A model generated the notes under the pieces. The model was not told where the DNA came from and did not search any database. It worked only from the letters and a program-made list of their open reading frames with translations. Shown here piece by piece: positions 51,807-61,464 of a stretch of 64,000 bases of DNA. The translations under genes were made by a program, and so were the position numbers. Each line of letters begins with the position of its first letter. Position 1 is the stretch's first letter. The DNA lies in assembly GCA_903844735.1 (NCBI GenBank), contig CAIMUX010000080.1, positions 18,820-82,819 of the forward strand. The letters run 5' to 3'. This DNA comes from Candidatus Eiseniibacteriota bacterium (GTDB taxonomy: Bacteria > Eisenbacteria > RBG-16-71-46 > CAIMUX01).

Positions 51807-52421
51807 ATGCAGCGATTGCTGCCCCGCATCATCACCTTCGTCTGTGGGATGTTCCTGGCCATCCAGTACTTCATTCCGCACAAGAGCTCTGAGAAGGTCT
51901 ACGAGACATCCATCGACTGGTTGATCATCGTGGGCGTCTTCGCCATCGTGCTTGGGATCCTCAGCCTGGTGACCGTCAACCTGGAGAAGATCCGGCGAAA
52001 GAGCGCGGGGTATCGGCACGCCTGGGTTCTCCTGGCCGGCCTGGTCTTTATGGTCGTGGCCGGGATCGTGACCGGGACGGGGCAGGACGGCCTCTTCCTG
52101 CGACTGGGGTATAACGCGATCCTAAACCCGATCACCGCGACGATGTTCGCGTTGCTGGCGTTCTACATCGCCTCGGCGGCGTACCGGGCTTTCCGCGCCC
52201 GCTCCGTCCTGGCCACCATTCTGCTGCTCTCGGCGATCATCGTGATGCTCGGGCGGGTGCCCGCGGGCGAGGTGATCCCGGGAATCCCGTGGCTGACCGA
52301 CTGGTTGATCAACGTTCCGAACATGGCAGCCAAGCGGGCGATCACCATCGGCCTCGGCCTGGGCGGGAGCGCGACGGCGCTCAAGATCGTGCTGGGCATC
52401 GAAGCCCCGCACCTTCGCTAG
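51807..52421 (+). CDS. Cassette 1 gene B: uncharacterised polytopic membrane protein
   Basis: About six hydrophobic segments; TMFALLAFYIASAAYRAFR; paralog at 62729. Confidence 0.8.
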   Translation: MQRLLPRIITFVCGMFLAIQYFIPHKSSEKVYETSIDWLIIVGVFAIVLGILSLVTVNLEKIRRKSAGYRHAWVLLAGLVFMVVAGIVTGTGQDGLFLRLGYNAILNPITATMFALLAFYIASAAYRAFRARSVLATILLLSAIIVMLGRVPAGEVIPGIPWLTDWLINVPNMAAKRAITIGLGLGGSATALKIVLGIEAPHLR

Positions 52422-52430
52422 GAGGATGCC

Positions 52431-53258
52431 GTGGCCCGCTTCAATATTCTCGAGCTCGACCGGCGCTTCATCTTCCTGATGATCTTTCTGTCGGTTCTGA
52501 CGCCGCTCTTCTTGCCGGCACCGAAGACTGTCAAGGTCTCTCCCGAGGTCAAGAAGGTCTACGACCGGATCGAGGCGCTCCCGGCCGGGTGCATCGTCAT
52601 GCTCGCCTGCGAGTACGACCCGTCGATGAGTGCGGAGATGTCGCCAGTGAACATGGTGGTGCTCCGGCAGTGCTTTCGCAAAAACCTCAGGGTGCTCACC
52701 ACCTGTCTGATGTCCAACGGGGTCTCCCTGGTGGAGAGCGAGATCAACCTTGTGGCTGCTGAGTACGACAAGAAGAACGGGGTCGACTATGTCTACCTCG
52801 GCTACAAGCCCTATCCAGCCGCGATCATCCTCGCCATGGGAGAGGATTTCCGGCTGGCCTTCCCCAGCGATTTCTACAACACTCGCCTCGACGACATCCC
52901 CATGATGAAGGGCGTGAAGAACTACCAGGACGTCTCGTTGGTCCTCGCCATCACCTCCACCAGCGGCATCGACTATTGGATCACTTACGGACAGGGTAGG
53001 TATCGCTTCCCTCTGGCGGCCGCCGCGAGCGCGGTGATGGCGCCCAATTACTACAACTACCTTGACTCGGGACAGCTCTTCGGACTCATCGGAGGCCTGC
53101 GCGGGGCGGCCGAGTATGAGCAACTGGCAAAGAAACCGGCCGCGGCCACCAAAGGCATGTTGGTGCAGTCGGTATCCCACTTGTTGATCGTCGGATTGAT
53201 CGTTCTCGGCAACGTCTCGTTCTTCGTCGCTCGCCGCCGCCGCCGCGGCCAGGAGTAG
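52431..53258 (+). CDS. Cassette 1 gene C: uncharacterised protein with two TM anchors and a soluble alpha/beta domain
   Basis: DRR+TM, YDP, GQLFGLIGGLRGAAEYE, C-terminal TM followed by RRRRR; paralog at 63359. Confidence 0.8.
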   Translation: MARFNILELDRRFIFLMIFLSVLTPLFLPAPKTVKVSPEVKKVYDRIEALPAGCIVMLACEYDPSMSAEMSPVNMVVLRQCFRKNLRVLTTCLMSNGVSLVESEINLVAAEYDKKNGVDYVYLGYKPYPAAIILAMGEDFRLAFPSDFYNTRLDDIPMMKGVKNYQDVSLVLAITSTSGIDYWITYGQGRYRFPLAAAASAVMAPNYYNYLDSGQLFGLIGGLRGAAEYEQLAKKPAAATKGMLVQSVSHLLIVGLIVLGNVSFFVARRRRRGQE

Positions 53259-53260
53259 TC

Positions 53261-53932
53261 ATGGATCCCGTCGAGATGCTCCTCCGCACGCTGGCCGTCT
53301 TCTTCACCATGGCCATCTTCTCCTTCCTCTGGAAGGACAACATGATCTACAAGTTCGCGGAGCACCTCGTAGTGGGGATCTCCATGGGGTACTGGTGTGT
53401 GATCCTCTACCAGACATCGTTCCTCTCCAAGATGTGGGGGCCGTTGACGCGGACGCTGGCCGGGCACCCCGAAGGGATGCCCGACCGACTCGTCTTTGTG
53501 CCGATCGCGCTGGGGCTCCTGCTATTCACTCGGTTCTTCCCGAAAATCTCGTGGCTGGCGCGCATCCCGATGGCGTTCATTCTCGGCGTAGGCTCTGGGG
53601 TGGCAATTCCTTTGGGGATCCAGGCCTCGGTGATCCAACAGATCCATCCCACGATGGCGGCGTTCCAACCGGCAACCTGGACCGGCGTCGGCTCGTGGTT
53701 CAACGCAATTCTGGTGCTGATGGGCGTGGTCTGCGGGCTAGCCTACTTCTTCTTCTCGGCGAAGCACACCGGGATCCTGGGCGGGATGTCGAAGATAGGG
53801 ATCTGGGTGCTCATGATCGGGTTCGGCGCCAGCTTCGGGTACACCGTGATGAGCAGGATCAGCCTGCTCTATGGCCGGGTGAACTACCTGGTGTTCGAGT
53901 GGGCAGGGCCGCTGGTGAGGGGACTGTTCTAG
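53261..53932 (+). CDS. Cassette 1 gene D: uncharacterised polytopic membrane protein
   Basis: SFLWKDN..YKFAEH and LMIGFGASFGYTVMSR motifs; starts 2 bp after the gene C stop. Confidence 0.8.
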   Translation: MDPVEMLLRTLAVFFTMAIFSFLWKDNMIYKFAEHLVVGISMGYWCVILYQTSFLSKMWGPLTRTLAGHPEGMPDRLVFVPIALGLLLFTRFFPKISWLARIPMAFILGVGSGVAIPLGIQASVIQQIHPTMAAFQPATWTGVGSWFNAILVLMGVVCGLAYFFFSAKHTGILGGMSKIGIWVLMIGFGASFGYTVMSRISLLYGRVNYLVFEWAGPLVRGLF

Positions 53933-53940
53933 CCGACCAT

Positions 53941-54714
53941 TCAACCCTTTCGGCTCACCACTGTCGCACCGGCCTGGCAGGTCGGCATCAGCACCATTTC
54001 CGCGACATTCATGTGGGCCGGACGGGTGATGGCGTAGACGACGGCATCCGCGACGTCATCTGGGGTCAATGGTGTGAGCCCCAGATAGACGCTCTTTGCC
54101 CTGGATTCGTCACCGTGGAACCGGACAAGGGAGAACTCGGTCTCCACCATGCCGGGGTCGACGGTCGTAACGCGAATTTCGGTGCCGTTCAAGTCGAGGA
54201 GCATCCCTTTTGAGATCGCCCGCTCCGCGAACTTTGATGCGCAGTAGACACTCCCTCCGGGGTACACCTCGCGGCCCGCGACGGAGCCGATGTTCACGAC
54301 ATGCCCGCGGTTTCGCACCACCATGCCGGGGATGACGGCACGGCTCACATAGAGCAGTCCCTTCACGTTCGTGTCGAGCATCTCCTCCCAGTCTTGGAGC
54401 AGTCCCTCGTGGAACTTGTTAAGTCCACGGGAGAGACCGGCGTTGTTGACGAGGATGTCGATGGCCGCCCACTCCGGCGGCAAGGCACGCACCATCGCCT
54501 CTACGTCCGGCTGCCTGCGGACATCGAGGGAAGAGGTCAGCACATCGAGGCCATGGGCGGCGCGGATCTCTTCGGCGAGAACGTCGACGCGGTCCAGGCG
54601 CCGAGCGGCGAGGAGGAGGCGGGCCCCTTCGACGGCGAGCGCGCGGGCGATGGAGCGGCCGATGCCGCTGCTGGCTCCGGTGACGAATGCCGTGCGGCCG
54701 TCGAGACGCTTCAT
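53941..54714 (-). CDS. Classical SDR oxidoreductase (YdfG-like)
   Basis: TGASSGIG, NNAG, YCASK and PGMVETEFS motifs. Confidence 0.9.
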   Translation of the reverse strand: MKRLDGRTAFVTGASSGIGRSIARALAVEGARLLLAARRLDRVDVLAEEIRAAHGLDVLTSSLDVRRQPDVEAMVRALPPEWAAIDILVNNAGLSRGLNKFHEGLLQDWEEMLDTNVKGLLYVSRAVIPGMVVRNRGHVVNIGSVAGREVYPGGSVYCASKFAERAISKGMLLDLNGTEIRVTTVDPGMVETEFSLVRFHGDESRAKSVYLGLTPLTPDDVADAVVYAITRPAHMNVAEMVLMPTCQAGATVVSRKG

Positions 54715-54816
54715 GAACGGAACTCCTGTCTTTGGCGCCGTCAGATCCCGGCGGAGAGTGCGACGCGAGGCTGTCTGCTTCGTGATGGTTCCTGTCAGTC
54801 GTGGCGGATCCGGCGA

Positions 54817-56361
54817 TCAAGGCGGGTCGAGCGGTCCGCGGGCGCGAGCCCGGCCATCCAGCAGGGTGAAGGGGAGAACATCCTGACGCCGCTGCCGATC
54901 CTCAGAAGCAAGGACGTCCAGCAACGAGCGCTGATCCCACGTTTCTCGCAATCCACGCGTGACATCGAAGACCAGCGTGTCGACCGTGGCCGCGGCGCTG
55001 GCGGCATGGGCGTCGAGCGGAGTGCCGACCCGACCGCCCCGAGCTGGACTGCCGGAGGCGGGGCCGCCAACCGAGGAACCGGAGGAAGCGGCGGCGTGGC
55101 TCCCACCGGGATCACGGCCTCCAGCGGCCATGCCGCCGGGCGGTCCCGTGAGGCTGGCGTAGACATCGAACACGCTGATCTTTTCCGGGTTGCGTGCCGG
55201 GACCAGGATCATCTCGCGGCGACCGGTGGCGACCTGGTGAAGCACACCGCCGTCGACCAGTGTTTCGGCCACGGTGCGCACGAGGCGCAGCGGTAGTCTC
55301 AGCCGGCGCGCCAGGTTGGTCAGCTCCGGCGGGTCGAGCTCATCGCGGTAGCAGCGAACGGCCTCGAGCGCGACATGCATGCCGGCACGGAAGCGCTCCT
55401 CCAGTCCTGCCTTGGCGGCGCCGACCTCCAGCCGGAAATCCTGCGCCGCCTCGCGGGCGAACGCGAGCTGCGCGCCAAAGAGTACCACCAGCCAACTGAC
55501 ATAAACCCAGATGAGAAAAAACGGGACCGCAGCCAGGGCGCCGTAAAGGGTGCCATAGTGAACAGCGGTGCGCATGTAGGCGCCATACCCGAGCTTCAGG
55601 ATCTCCCAGAGCGTGCCCGCCACCAACCCGGCGGGCAGTGAGGCGCGCAGGCTAACCCGCACATTGGGCAGAATCGTGTATACCAGCGTGAAAGCGATGC
55701 CGGTGAGGAGCGCGGGCGCCAGTTGAAAGACGACGCCGAGGAGTGTCTCGAATCCGGTCGGGAAGGAAGCCAGCCAGTTCTGGAGCGCGAGAGTCTCGAG
55801 GCTGGCGGTGGCCGAGAGCGAGAGGCCGATGAGGATGGGCCCGAACACCACCAGGGTGGTGTAGATGGAAAACCGCTGGAAGAGCGAACGGCCGCGGTGT
55901 ACCCCCCAGATGTCGTTGAATGCCTGTTCCAGCGAGCCGAGCAGCCCGACGACAGCTCCGGCGAGCACCAGGATGGAGACCTCCCGGAAGGCCCCTCGAT
56001 CGGCCGCCGCGAAGAAGGACCGCAGCCACTCCTGCACTTGGCCCTGACTCCCCGGGGCCAAATTGACGACCAGGAAGTCCTCGACCTGCTGCCGCAGTCC
56101 TTCAAGGGCACCAAAGGCACGGAAGACCGAGAGAGCCAGGACGAGGACCGGCCCCAGGGTGAGGAGCGTCGTGAAGGTCATGGCCGAGGCGCGCAACTGG
56201 ATGCGTCCACGCGCCAGGCCGGTGGCGAAGATCACCGTCACTCGGAGCTGCCGGAAGGCCCATCGTTGCAGTCGCGAGACCGCCAAGATGTCGGGCTCCC
56301 AGATGCGGTGACGCAGGAGGTCGGTCGCATGTCTGCGCCAAGTGTGGATTCGTGCGTTCAT
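54817..56361 (-). CDS. YihY/BrkB family membrane protein with a C-terminal winged-helix (Rrf2-like) domain
   Basis: ASAMTFTTLL, EQAFNDIW and YGALAAVPFFLIWVY motifs; C-terminal PARNPEKISVFDV. Confidence 0.87.
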   Translation of the reverse strand: MNARIHTWRRHATDLLRHRIWEPDILAVSRLQRWAFRQLRVTVIFATGLARGRIQLRASAMTFTTLLTLGPVLVLALSVFRAFGALEGLRQQVEDFLVVNLAPGSQGQVQEWLRSFFAAADRGAFREVSILVLAGAVVGLLGSLEQAFNDIWGVHRGRSLFQRFSIYTTLVVFGPILIGLSLSATASLETLALQNWLASFPTGFETLLGVVFQLAPALLTGIAFTLVYTILPNVRVSLRASLPAGLVAGTLWEILKLGYGAYMRTAVHYGTLYGALAAVPFFLIWVYVSWLVVLFGAQLAFAREAAQDFRLEVGAAKAGLEERFRAGMHVALEAVRCYRDELDPPELTNLARRLRLPLRLVRTVAETLVDGGVLHQVATGRREMILVPARNPEKISVFDVYASLTGPPGGMAAGGRDPGGSHAAASSGSSVGGPASGSPARGGRVGTPLDAHAASAAATVDTLVFDVTRGLRETWDQRSLLDVLASEDRQRRQDVLPFTLLDGRARARGPLDPP

Positions 56362-56484
56362 GAAGCCGCGATTCTAGCCGAAAGCCGAGCGCCGGGTCGA
56401 GCAGGGATGACGGGCGCGCGGGCAAGCCACACGGGAAGGGGCGGGTGGCGCCTCGTCGCCCGGCCCACAGCTCGGCGTCCTCCA

Positions 56485-56560
56485 GCCCGACGCCCGACGC
56501 CCGAAGTCCGAAGCCCGAAGTCCGAAGCCGGTCTTATTCCTTCCAAGCTCCGAACCTCAG
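56485..56560 (-). repeat. CTGAG-family heptamer-repeat element (partial copy)
   Basis: GCCCGAC x2 and GCCCGAA/GTCCGAA x4, ending in CTCCGAACCTCAG (reverse complement CTGAGGTTCGGAG). Confidence 0.7.
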
Positions 56561-56625
56561 GCCTCTTTGCGGTCCTTGCACCAACGCGATCCTCCCGTAG
56601 AATCTCGACAGGAGGTGTGCCGCCC

Positions 56626-58566
56626 ATGAGACGACTCTTTGCAACCACGGTCATCGTGATGGCCCTGGCCGGCTGTGGCGGTGACAAGCCGCTCATCAAG
56701 TTCGTCAACACGCCGCCGGAAGCGGCGCTCACTGCCGACCCGGACACCCTGGCCTTGGCAGACAGCTCGATTGTCACCTGCCTGGTCGGCGATCCCGACT
56801 CGGATGTCCTTACGTTTCGTTGGAGTGCCAGCGCCGGGCGCTTCATCCGGCGCGATCCGTCGATGTCACAGGTTTCCTGGATCGCCCCGGCCGTGGAAGG
56901 CGTGGACACCATCCGCGTCACGGTTTTCGACAACACCGACTCGGTCGAGGCTGTGGTGTGTGTGACGGTGGTCGGGCACACCGGCACGGTCCTCGGCGTC
57001 GTGAAAGATGGGACATCCGGAGAGGGCCTGGCCGGCGCGCGGCTCGAGATCGCCGGGCGAGTCGGAACCTCGGGCATCAAGGGCTTCTTCCGTCTCGAGC
57101 TTGTGCCGCCGGGTGTCGACACCCTCCATGCCACACGAGATGGGTACGAGCCATATGCCCAGCTCCTGCCCGTGCGGGAGGGAACGAACGAACTGGAAAT
57201 TCCGCTGCAGCGGGCCGCGCCCAGGGCGCGCCTTTTCGGCGAGGTGACCAATGGCCACGGTCAGGCCGTGGCCGGCGCCGTCTGCGGCGTGGGGGAGGAC
57301 GAAGTATCTACCGACGCCACGGGACAGTATGACTTTGCCGGGGTGCCGGTGGGTCTTCGGGTGCTGCGGGTTCGGGCTGATGGATTCTACCCGTTTCAGG
57401 ACACTGTGGATGTCCAGCAGCCGGAAGTCCGATTCGACATCGTCCTGCACGCGGCGCCGCCTGCTCCCCCCGAGGGACAGCTCACGGTGACGAAGCTTGC
57501 CGACTATCGGCTGCGGGTAAGCTGGGTCCCGCAAAATCCGTCCGCGGCGATCGCCGGCTTCAACCTCATCATGATTGCGAGCGGCGAGAGCCAGGGGTTG
57601 CCGGAGCCAGTTCCCGGCGGGCCGCTTCTTCGAAGCGGCGGCACTCGAGAGGTGATAGGAGCCGAGGACGGCCGGTACCGGTTCGCCGTGGCCGCCGTGA
57701 GGAGCGACGGGGTGGTGGGGGCGGCCACGCCTTACACCCCGATCGCCGTGCTCACACAGCCGAGCTCTCTGGTAAACGTGCCGGCGGGGCCGGTGATCAT
57801 GGGTTCCTATCCCGGTGACTATGGCAGCGAGGTGCATCCGGGAAACCCGATTCAGGTCCAGGCCTTCGCCATCGAAGCGCGTGAGGTGACCAATCGCCAG
57901 GTCGTGGCTTTCCTTGTAGAAGCGCTGGCGCAAGGCCTCGTGCAGGTAGGCGACCTCGCGGTGCGGGCCGGTGCGGATACGCTGCTCTTCTTCTCGGGGA
58001 GCCAGGTTGACCGCGACCCGCTCAACGACGGTTTCTCCGTGCCTCCGGGGTTGAAGGACTACCCGGTGACGGGCATCACCTGGTTCGGCGCCGACGCTTA
58101 TGCTCGCTGGTATGGGCGGCGGCTGCCGAAGGAATCTGAGTGGGAGAAGGCGGCACGCGGCACAGCCGATTCCACCGGTATCTACCCAGGGACCACGGTT
58201 GGCGTGGGAACGATGTATCCGTGGGGCAGGGCGCTGCCGTCCGTGGAGCGCGCCAACTGCCAAAGCCTCTTCGGTGGAAAGCGACCGGTCGGCTCTTTCC
58301 CTGACGGCGCGGCGCTGTGGTGGGGCACGCCGGTCTATGACCTCGCGGGGAATGTCTGGGAGTGGTGTGACGACTGGTTTGCGGCGTACGCCAACCCGCA
58401 CCAGCCTCCGGCAATCGGGTCGCGCAGAGTGGTGCGCGGCGGCGCCTGGGATGGCTCGGACGCGGAGATCCGGGTCGGCCACCGGTGGTTTGTCGCGCCC
58501 GCGCTGAAAAGCACCAAGATCGGTTTTCGGTGCGCTGCGGACCCGGCGAAGGATGCGCCGGGCTAG
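56626..58566 (+). CDS. Lipoprotein with Ig/carboxypeptidase-regulatory-like/FN3 domains and an FGE-sulfatase (SUMF1-like) domain
   Basis: GGAGG RBS; lipobox LAGC; EVTN, RLPKESEWEKAARG, DLAGNVWEW, RGGAW and GFRC motifs. Confidence 0.88.
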   Translation: MRRLFATTVIVMALAGCGGDKPLIKFVNTPPEAALTADPDTLALADSSIVTCLVGDPDSDVLTFRWSASAGRFIRRDPSMSQVSWIAPAVEGVDTIRVTVFDNTDSVEAVVCVTVVGHTGTVLGVVKDGTSGEGLAGARLEIAGRVGTSGIKGFFRLELVPPGVDTLHATRDGYEPYAQLLPVREGTNELEIPLQRAAPRARLFGEVTNGHGQAVAGAVCGVGEDEVSTDATGQYDFAGVPVGLRVLRVRADGFYPFQDTVDVQQPEVRFDIVLHAAPPAPPEGQLTVTKLADYRLRVSWVPQNPSAAIAGFNLIMIASGESQGLPEPVPGGPLLRSGGTREVIGAEDGRYRFAVAAVRSDGVVGAATPYTPIAVLTQPSSLVNVPAGPVIMGSYPGDYGSEVHPGNPIQVQAFAIEAREVTNRQVVAFLVEALAQGLVQVGDLAVRAGADTLLFFSGSQVDRDPLNDGFSVPPGLKDYPVTGITWFGADAYARWYGRRLPKESEWEKAARGTADSTGIYPGTTVGVGTMYPWGRALPSVERANCQSLFGGKRPVGSFPDGAALWWGTPVYDLAGNVWEWCDDWFAAYANPHQPPAIGSRRVVRGGAWDGSDAEIRVGHRWFVAPALKSTKIGFRCAADPAKDAPG

Positions 58567-59032
58567 GAAAGCGAGCGGATTCGATGTCGGAGCAGAGCGC
58601 CTGTGAATCATGCGGGTTTGGCCGCGCAGCGAATCGAAGGAGAAAAGTGTGAGGGTCCGGGGCTCCGGCGTTTGACTCAGTCGCGCGAAGCGGATGCTGA
58701 CCTCGGGGGCGGCGCCTTTCGATGTGTGCCCTGCTGCGTATCCCAGCCTGCCCCAGTGGAGGTGTCGATACCACGGACCCTCAGCTCGACCGAACGCGGA
58801 GCATTTGTCTCTCGCGTTCAGTCCCTAGATCGGTTCGGGCTGGGCATCACTTGAGCCTCCCGTGCGATGAAAACGAAGAGGATCCCGAGTGGCGAACGAA
58901 AGAAGCCGGGCTTGCGGTGAACGGCAGTGCATCGTGCGTGCGGGTCGTGCTGCATGCACGAAGGGTGGCTGCGCGCCGTCAGCCCGGAGTGGCGGATTCG
59001 GAGTCGTAGCAGAGCGGAAGGAACAATGCGGG

Positions 59033-59719
59033 TCAGCCCGCCACCGTCCCCCCGAGGTGCCGCCGCATCGTGGCCAGCGCCAGGGAGAGGTGCTTCTCCA
59101 ACCCGTCGATTGGCTCATCCGCGGGCTCGAAGATGACGAAGAGAAGCCCGGTGGTCGCTTCGGTAACTCTCGTGCGGGCGGAATCGGCCGAAGGGTTGCC
59201 GAAAGGACCGAGGCGGTCAAGGAGCGCGGGGCGTCCCTCTAGGTGGATCATCTCCTTGCCGATGCCGGGGTATTCCTCGGTCGCCGTCCCCAGCCGTAGA
59301 GTGACCACCGAGACGCCTGGATCGGGACGACCGTTCGCTTCGCTCGCGTCCACCGGGTGGACCTTGTCCGCGTCGTAGAGCCCCACCGGTCGCAGAATCG
59401 ACATCGAGGCCAGGTTCGCCGCGTCGACCGCTGTGTTAACGCGCGCGAGTCCCTTCCCCTGAAGGACACGCCGGACCAGCGCCTCCGATGAGGGACGCAC
59501 TTTGGAGGGGTCGAGCCCACAGGCGTGATACATCCGCCGTGCAGCGGAGAAGGCCGGCAAGGCCGCGGCCGGGTCCGGGTAGTGCGCCATCAACTCGCCG
59601 CCGCGGGTGGACAGCTCTTGCTGCAAGGCGTCCGATTTCGGGCGAACGGTCACACCCTGAAGCGCGAACCAGGTGGGGTGGATGCGGTCGGCCAACAGGT
59701 TCCGGATGATCCAGTGCAC
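59033..59719 (-). CDS. B3/B4-domain protein (stand-alone PheRS-beta-like editing domain)
   Basis: DPSKVRPSSEAL, VNTAVDAAN, GLYDAD and GPFGNPSADS motifs; AAGGAGG RBS before GTG. Confidence 0.87.
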   Translation of the reverse strand: MHWIIRNLLADRIHPTWFALQGVTVRPKSDALQQELSTRGGELMAHYPDPAAALPAFSAARRMYHACGLDPSKVRPSSEALVRRVLQGKGLARVNTAVDAANLASMSILRPVGLYDADKVHPVDASEANGRPDPGVSVVTLRLGTATEEYPGIGKEMIHLEGRPALLDRLGPFGNPSADSARTRVTEATTGLLFVIFEPADEPIDGLEKHLSLALATMRRHLGGTVAG

Positions 59720-59899
59720 GGGGCCTCCTTGGACGGGACGGTAGGATCTGACCTGGGTAGTTGTACGACCTTCCGCCGCCGTGGTCAACCCGCCAAGTCA
59801 ACCCAGCGAGAACTCCGGGCGCGCCGGCGGATGTCTCTCCCCACGGCGAGGACGGCCCGCCCACCGGCGGGGGGTATCTCCTTGCTGCAGACCACGCAT

Positions 59900-60019
59900 C
59901 TGAGATTCAGAGGCTTCGGACTTCAACTCTCGGCCACCAGAAACGGCTTGACGCTCTCCGGCCCGAAGCCCGAGGCCTGAAGCCCGATGCCAGTCAAATT
60001 CGTTCCCTCCGAATCTCAG
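59900..60019. mobile_element. 120-bp MITE-like element with CTGAGATTC(A/G)GAGG terminal inverted repeats
   Basis: 59900-59913 and 60006-60019 are inverted repeats with one mismatch; internal heptamers; homologous to 6025-6123. Confidence 0.7.
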
Positions 60020-60120
60020 CACGCGCACAAGCGGTGGTATCTCCGAGCCTGACCCGCTACGATGGGGCGTTCGCCGCAAAAACCGCGGCCGACGGTCGTT
60101 GGCAGATGCAGTGAAGGCAG

Positions 60121-60915
60121 ATGAACACTCTTACCGCCCAGAATCTCCACTGGTTTCTCTTCTCCGGGGCGGCCGCCGGCTTCTTCGGCTCGATTCTGGG
60201 CGTGGGCGGCGGGATCATTCTTGTCCCTCTTCTGGTGCTCGTTTTTCATATCCCGATGCACTTTGCGATCGGGACCAGCATCATGACGGTCATCGCTACG
60301 TCGAGCATGGCCGGGACGTTCAACCTGGAACGCGGTACCGTGAACATTCGGCTCGGGATGGTCCTCGAGGTGGCGACCGCCATCGGCGCGCTCTTCGGCG
60401 GGACGCTCGCCGGGCTCGTCCGGGGAGACGTCCTAACTGTGGTCTTCGGAGGCATACTCCCGCCCATCGCCTGGCTGATGTGGCGAAAAGGGAACGAACG
60501 GCGTCCGGCTGGACCGATCTCGGAAACCGACTACCAGATGCGCCGCCTGCCATTAGCGATGGGGATGTCGCTGGGCGCAGGGACGGTCTCCGGACTTCTT
60601 GGCATTGGTGGCGGGATCATCAAGGTTCCGGTCATGACAGTCTTTTGCGGCATTCCGGCGAAGATCGCCACGGCTACTTCGACGTTCATGATCGGTGTGA
60701 CCGCGGTGGCGAGCGCCTTCCTCTATTTCGGACGCGGGCAGGTTCGGCCCGCCATGACGGCAGTGGTGGTGTTGGGCGTGCTGGGGGGCAGCGCCACCGG
60801 CACCCAGGTGGCGAAGCGACTCCACAGCAACCATCTCATCAGGCTCTTCGCGGTTCTGTTGAGCCTTGCGGCGGTACAGATGGTGTATCGCGGCATCAAG
60901 GGGTTGACCCATTGA
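60121..60915 (+). CDS. TauE/SafE sulfite exporter family
   Basis: Two GxxGxGGG repeats, AIGTS and ATATS motifs. Confidence 0.9.
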   Translation: MNTLTAQNLHWFLFSGAAAGFFGSILGVGGGIILVPLLVLVFHIPMHFAIGTSIMTVIATSSMAGTFNLERGTVNIRLGMVLEVATAIGALFGGTLAGLVRGDVLTVVFGGILPPIAWLMWRKGNERRPAGPISETDYQMRRLPLAMGMSLGAGTVSGLLGIGGGIIKVPVMTVFCGIPAKIATATSTFMIGVTAVASAFLYFGRGQVRPAMTAVVVLGVLGGSATGTQVAKRLHSNHLIRLFAVLLSLAAVQMVYRGIKGLTH

Positions 60916-61307
60916 TGGAGAAGAAGAGCCTCCTCGACAGGATCTATCGCGAAGTCGACGCCCGGGCCAGCCAGGGAGACCACGCCGAGAAGCCGGCCCG
61001 CCGAGCCCTACTCACCGGGGTCTTCTTGAGTGCCGCGATGCTTGCGGTGGGTCTATGGATCGTGTGGATCCGGCAAGAGGCGCGGCCCAACGAGCCACCG
61101 GCGCTGTCGGAGATCACGCGCGGGCTTCAGCAGGGGCGCGGCACCTCTCTTCTCTACGCAGGTCTGCTGTTTCTCGCGGCCACGCCGATCCTGCGGGTGG
61201 TGGTGATGGTGGGCGTGTATCTCCGTCGCCGCGAACTCTTCATGGCTGCGGTCTCGATCATCGTTCTCGGGCTGCTGGCGGTCGGCGTGCTGATGGGGTC
61301 CGGGTGA
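60915..61307 (+). CDS. DUF1634-like membrane protein
   Basis: TGATG overlap with tauE; GLLFLAATPILRV motif; the usual partner of TauE genes. Confidence 0.8.
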   Translation: MEKKSLLDRIYREVDARASQGDHAEKPARRALLTGVFLSAAMLAVGLWIVWIRQEARPNEPPALSEITRGLQQGRGTSLLYAGLLFLAATPILRVVVMVGVYLRRRELFMAAVSIIVLGLLAVGVLMGSG

Positions 61308-61464
61308 GGGCGGCTCGACCGGCGGCTTGGTTGGCGGCGCCATTGGCAGATCGGTTCGTTGCCAGATGCGCTGTTTCGCGGGTATCCTATGTGGGGCCGG
61401 CGCGCCAGCGGGCGACGCGGGGACCGGGAGAAACGGCGGGAAGGTCACGACCGGGGGGGGGCCG

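Noticed and set aside
55723-56625. N-terminal 300 aa of the 947-aa ORF
   Set aside because: Overlaps yihY antisense and a repeat; the RBS and lipobox place the start at 56626.
47280-58560. Diversity-generating retroelement targeting the FGE-fold C-termini
   Set aside because: No reverse transcriptase, and no near-identical template repeat differing at adenines, was seen.
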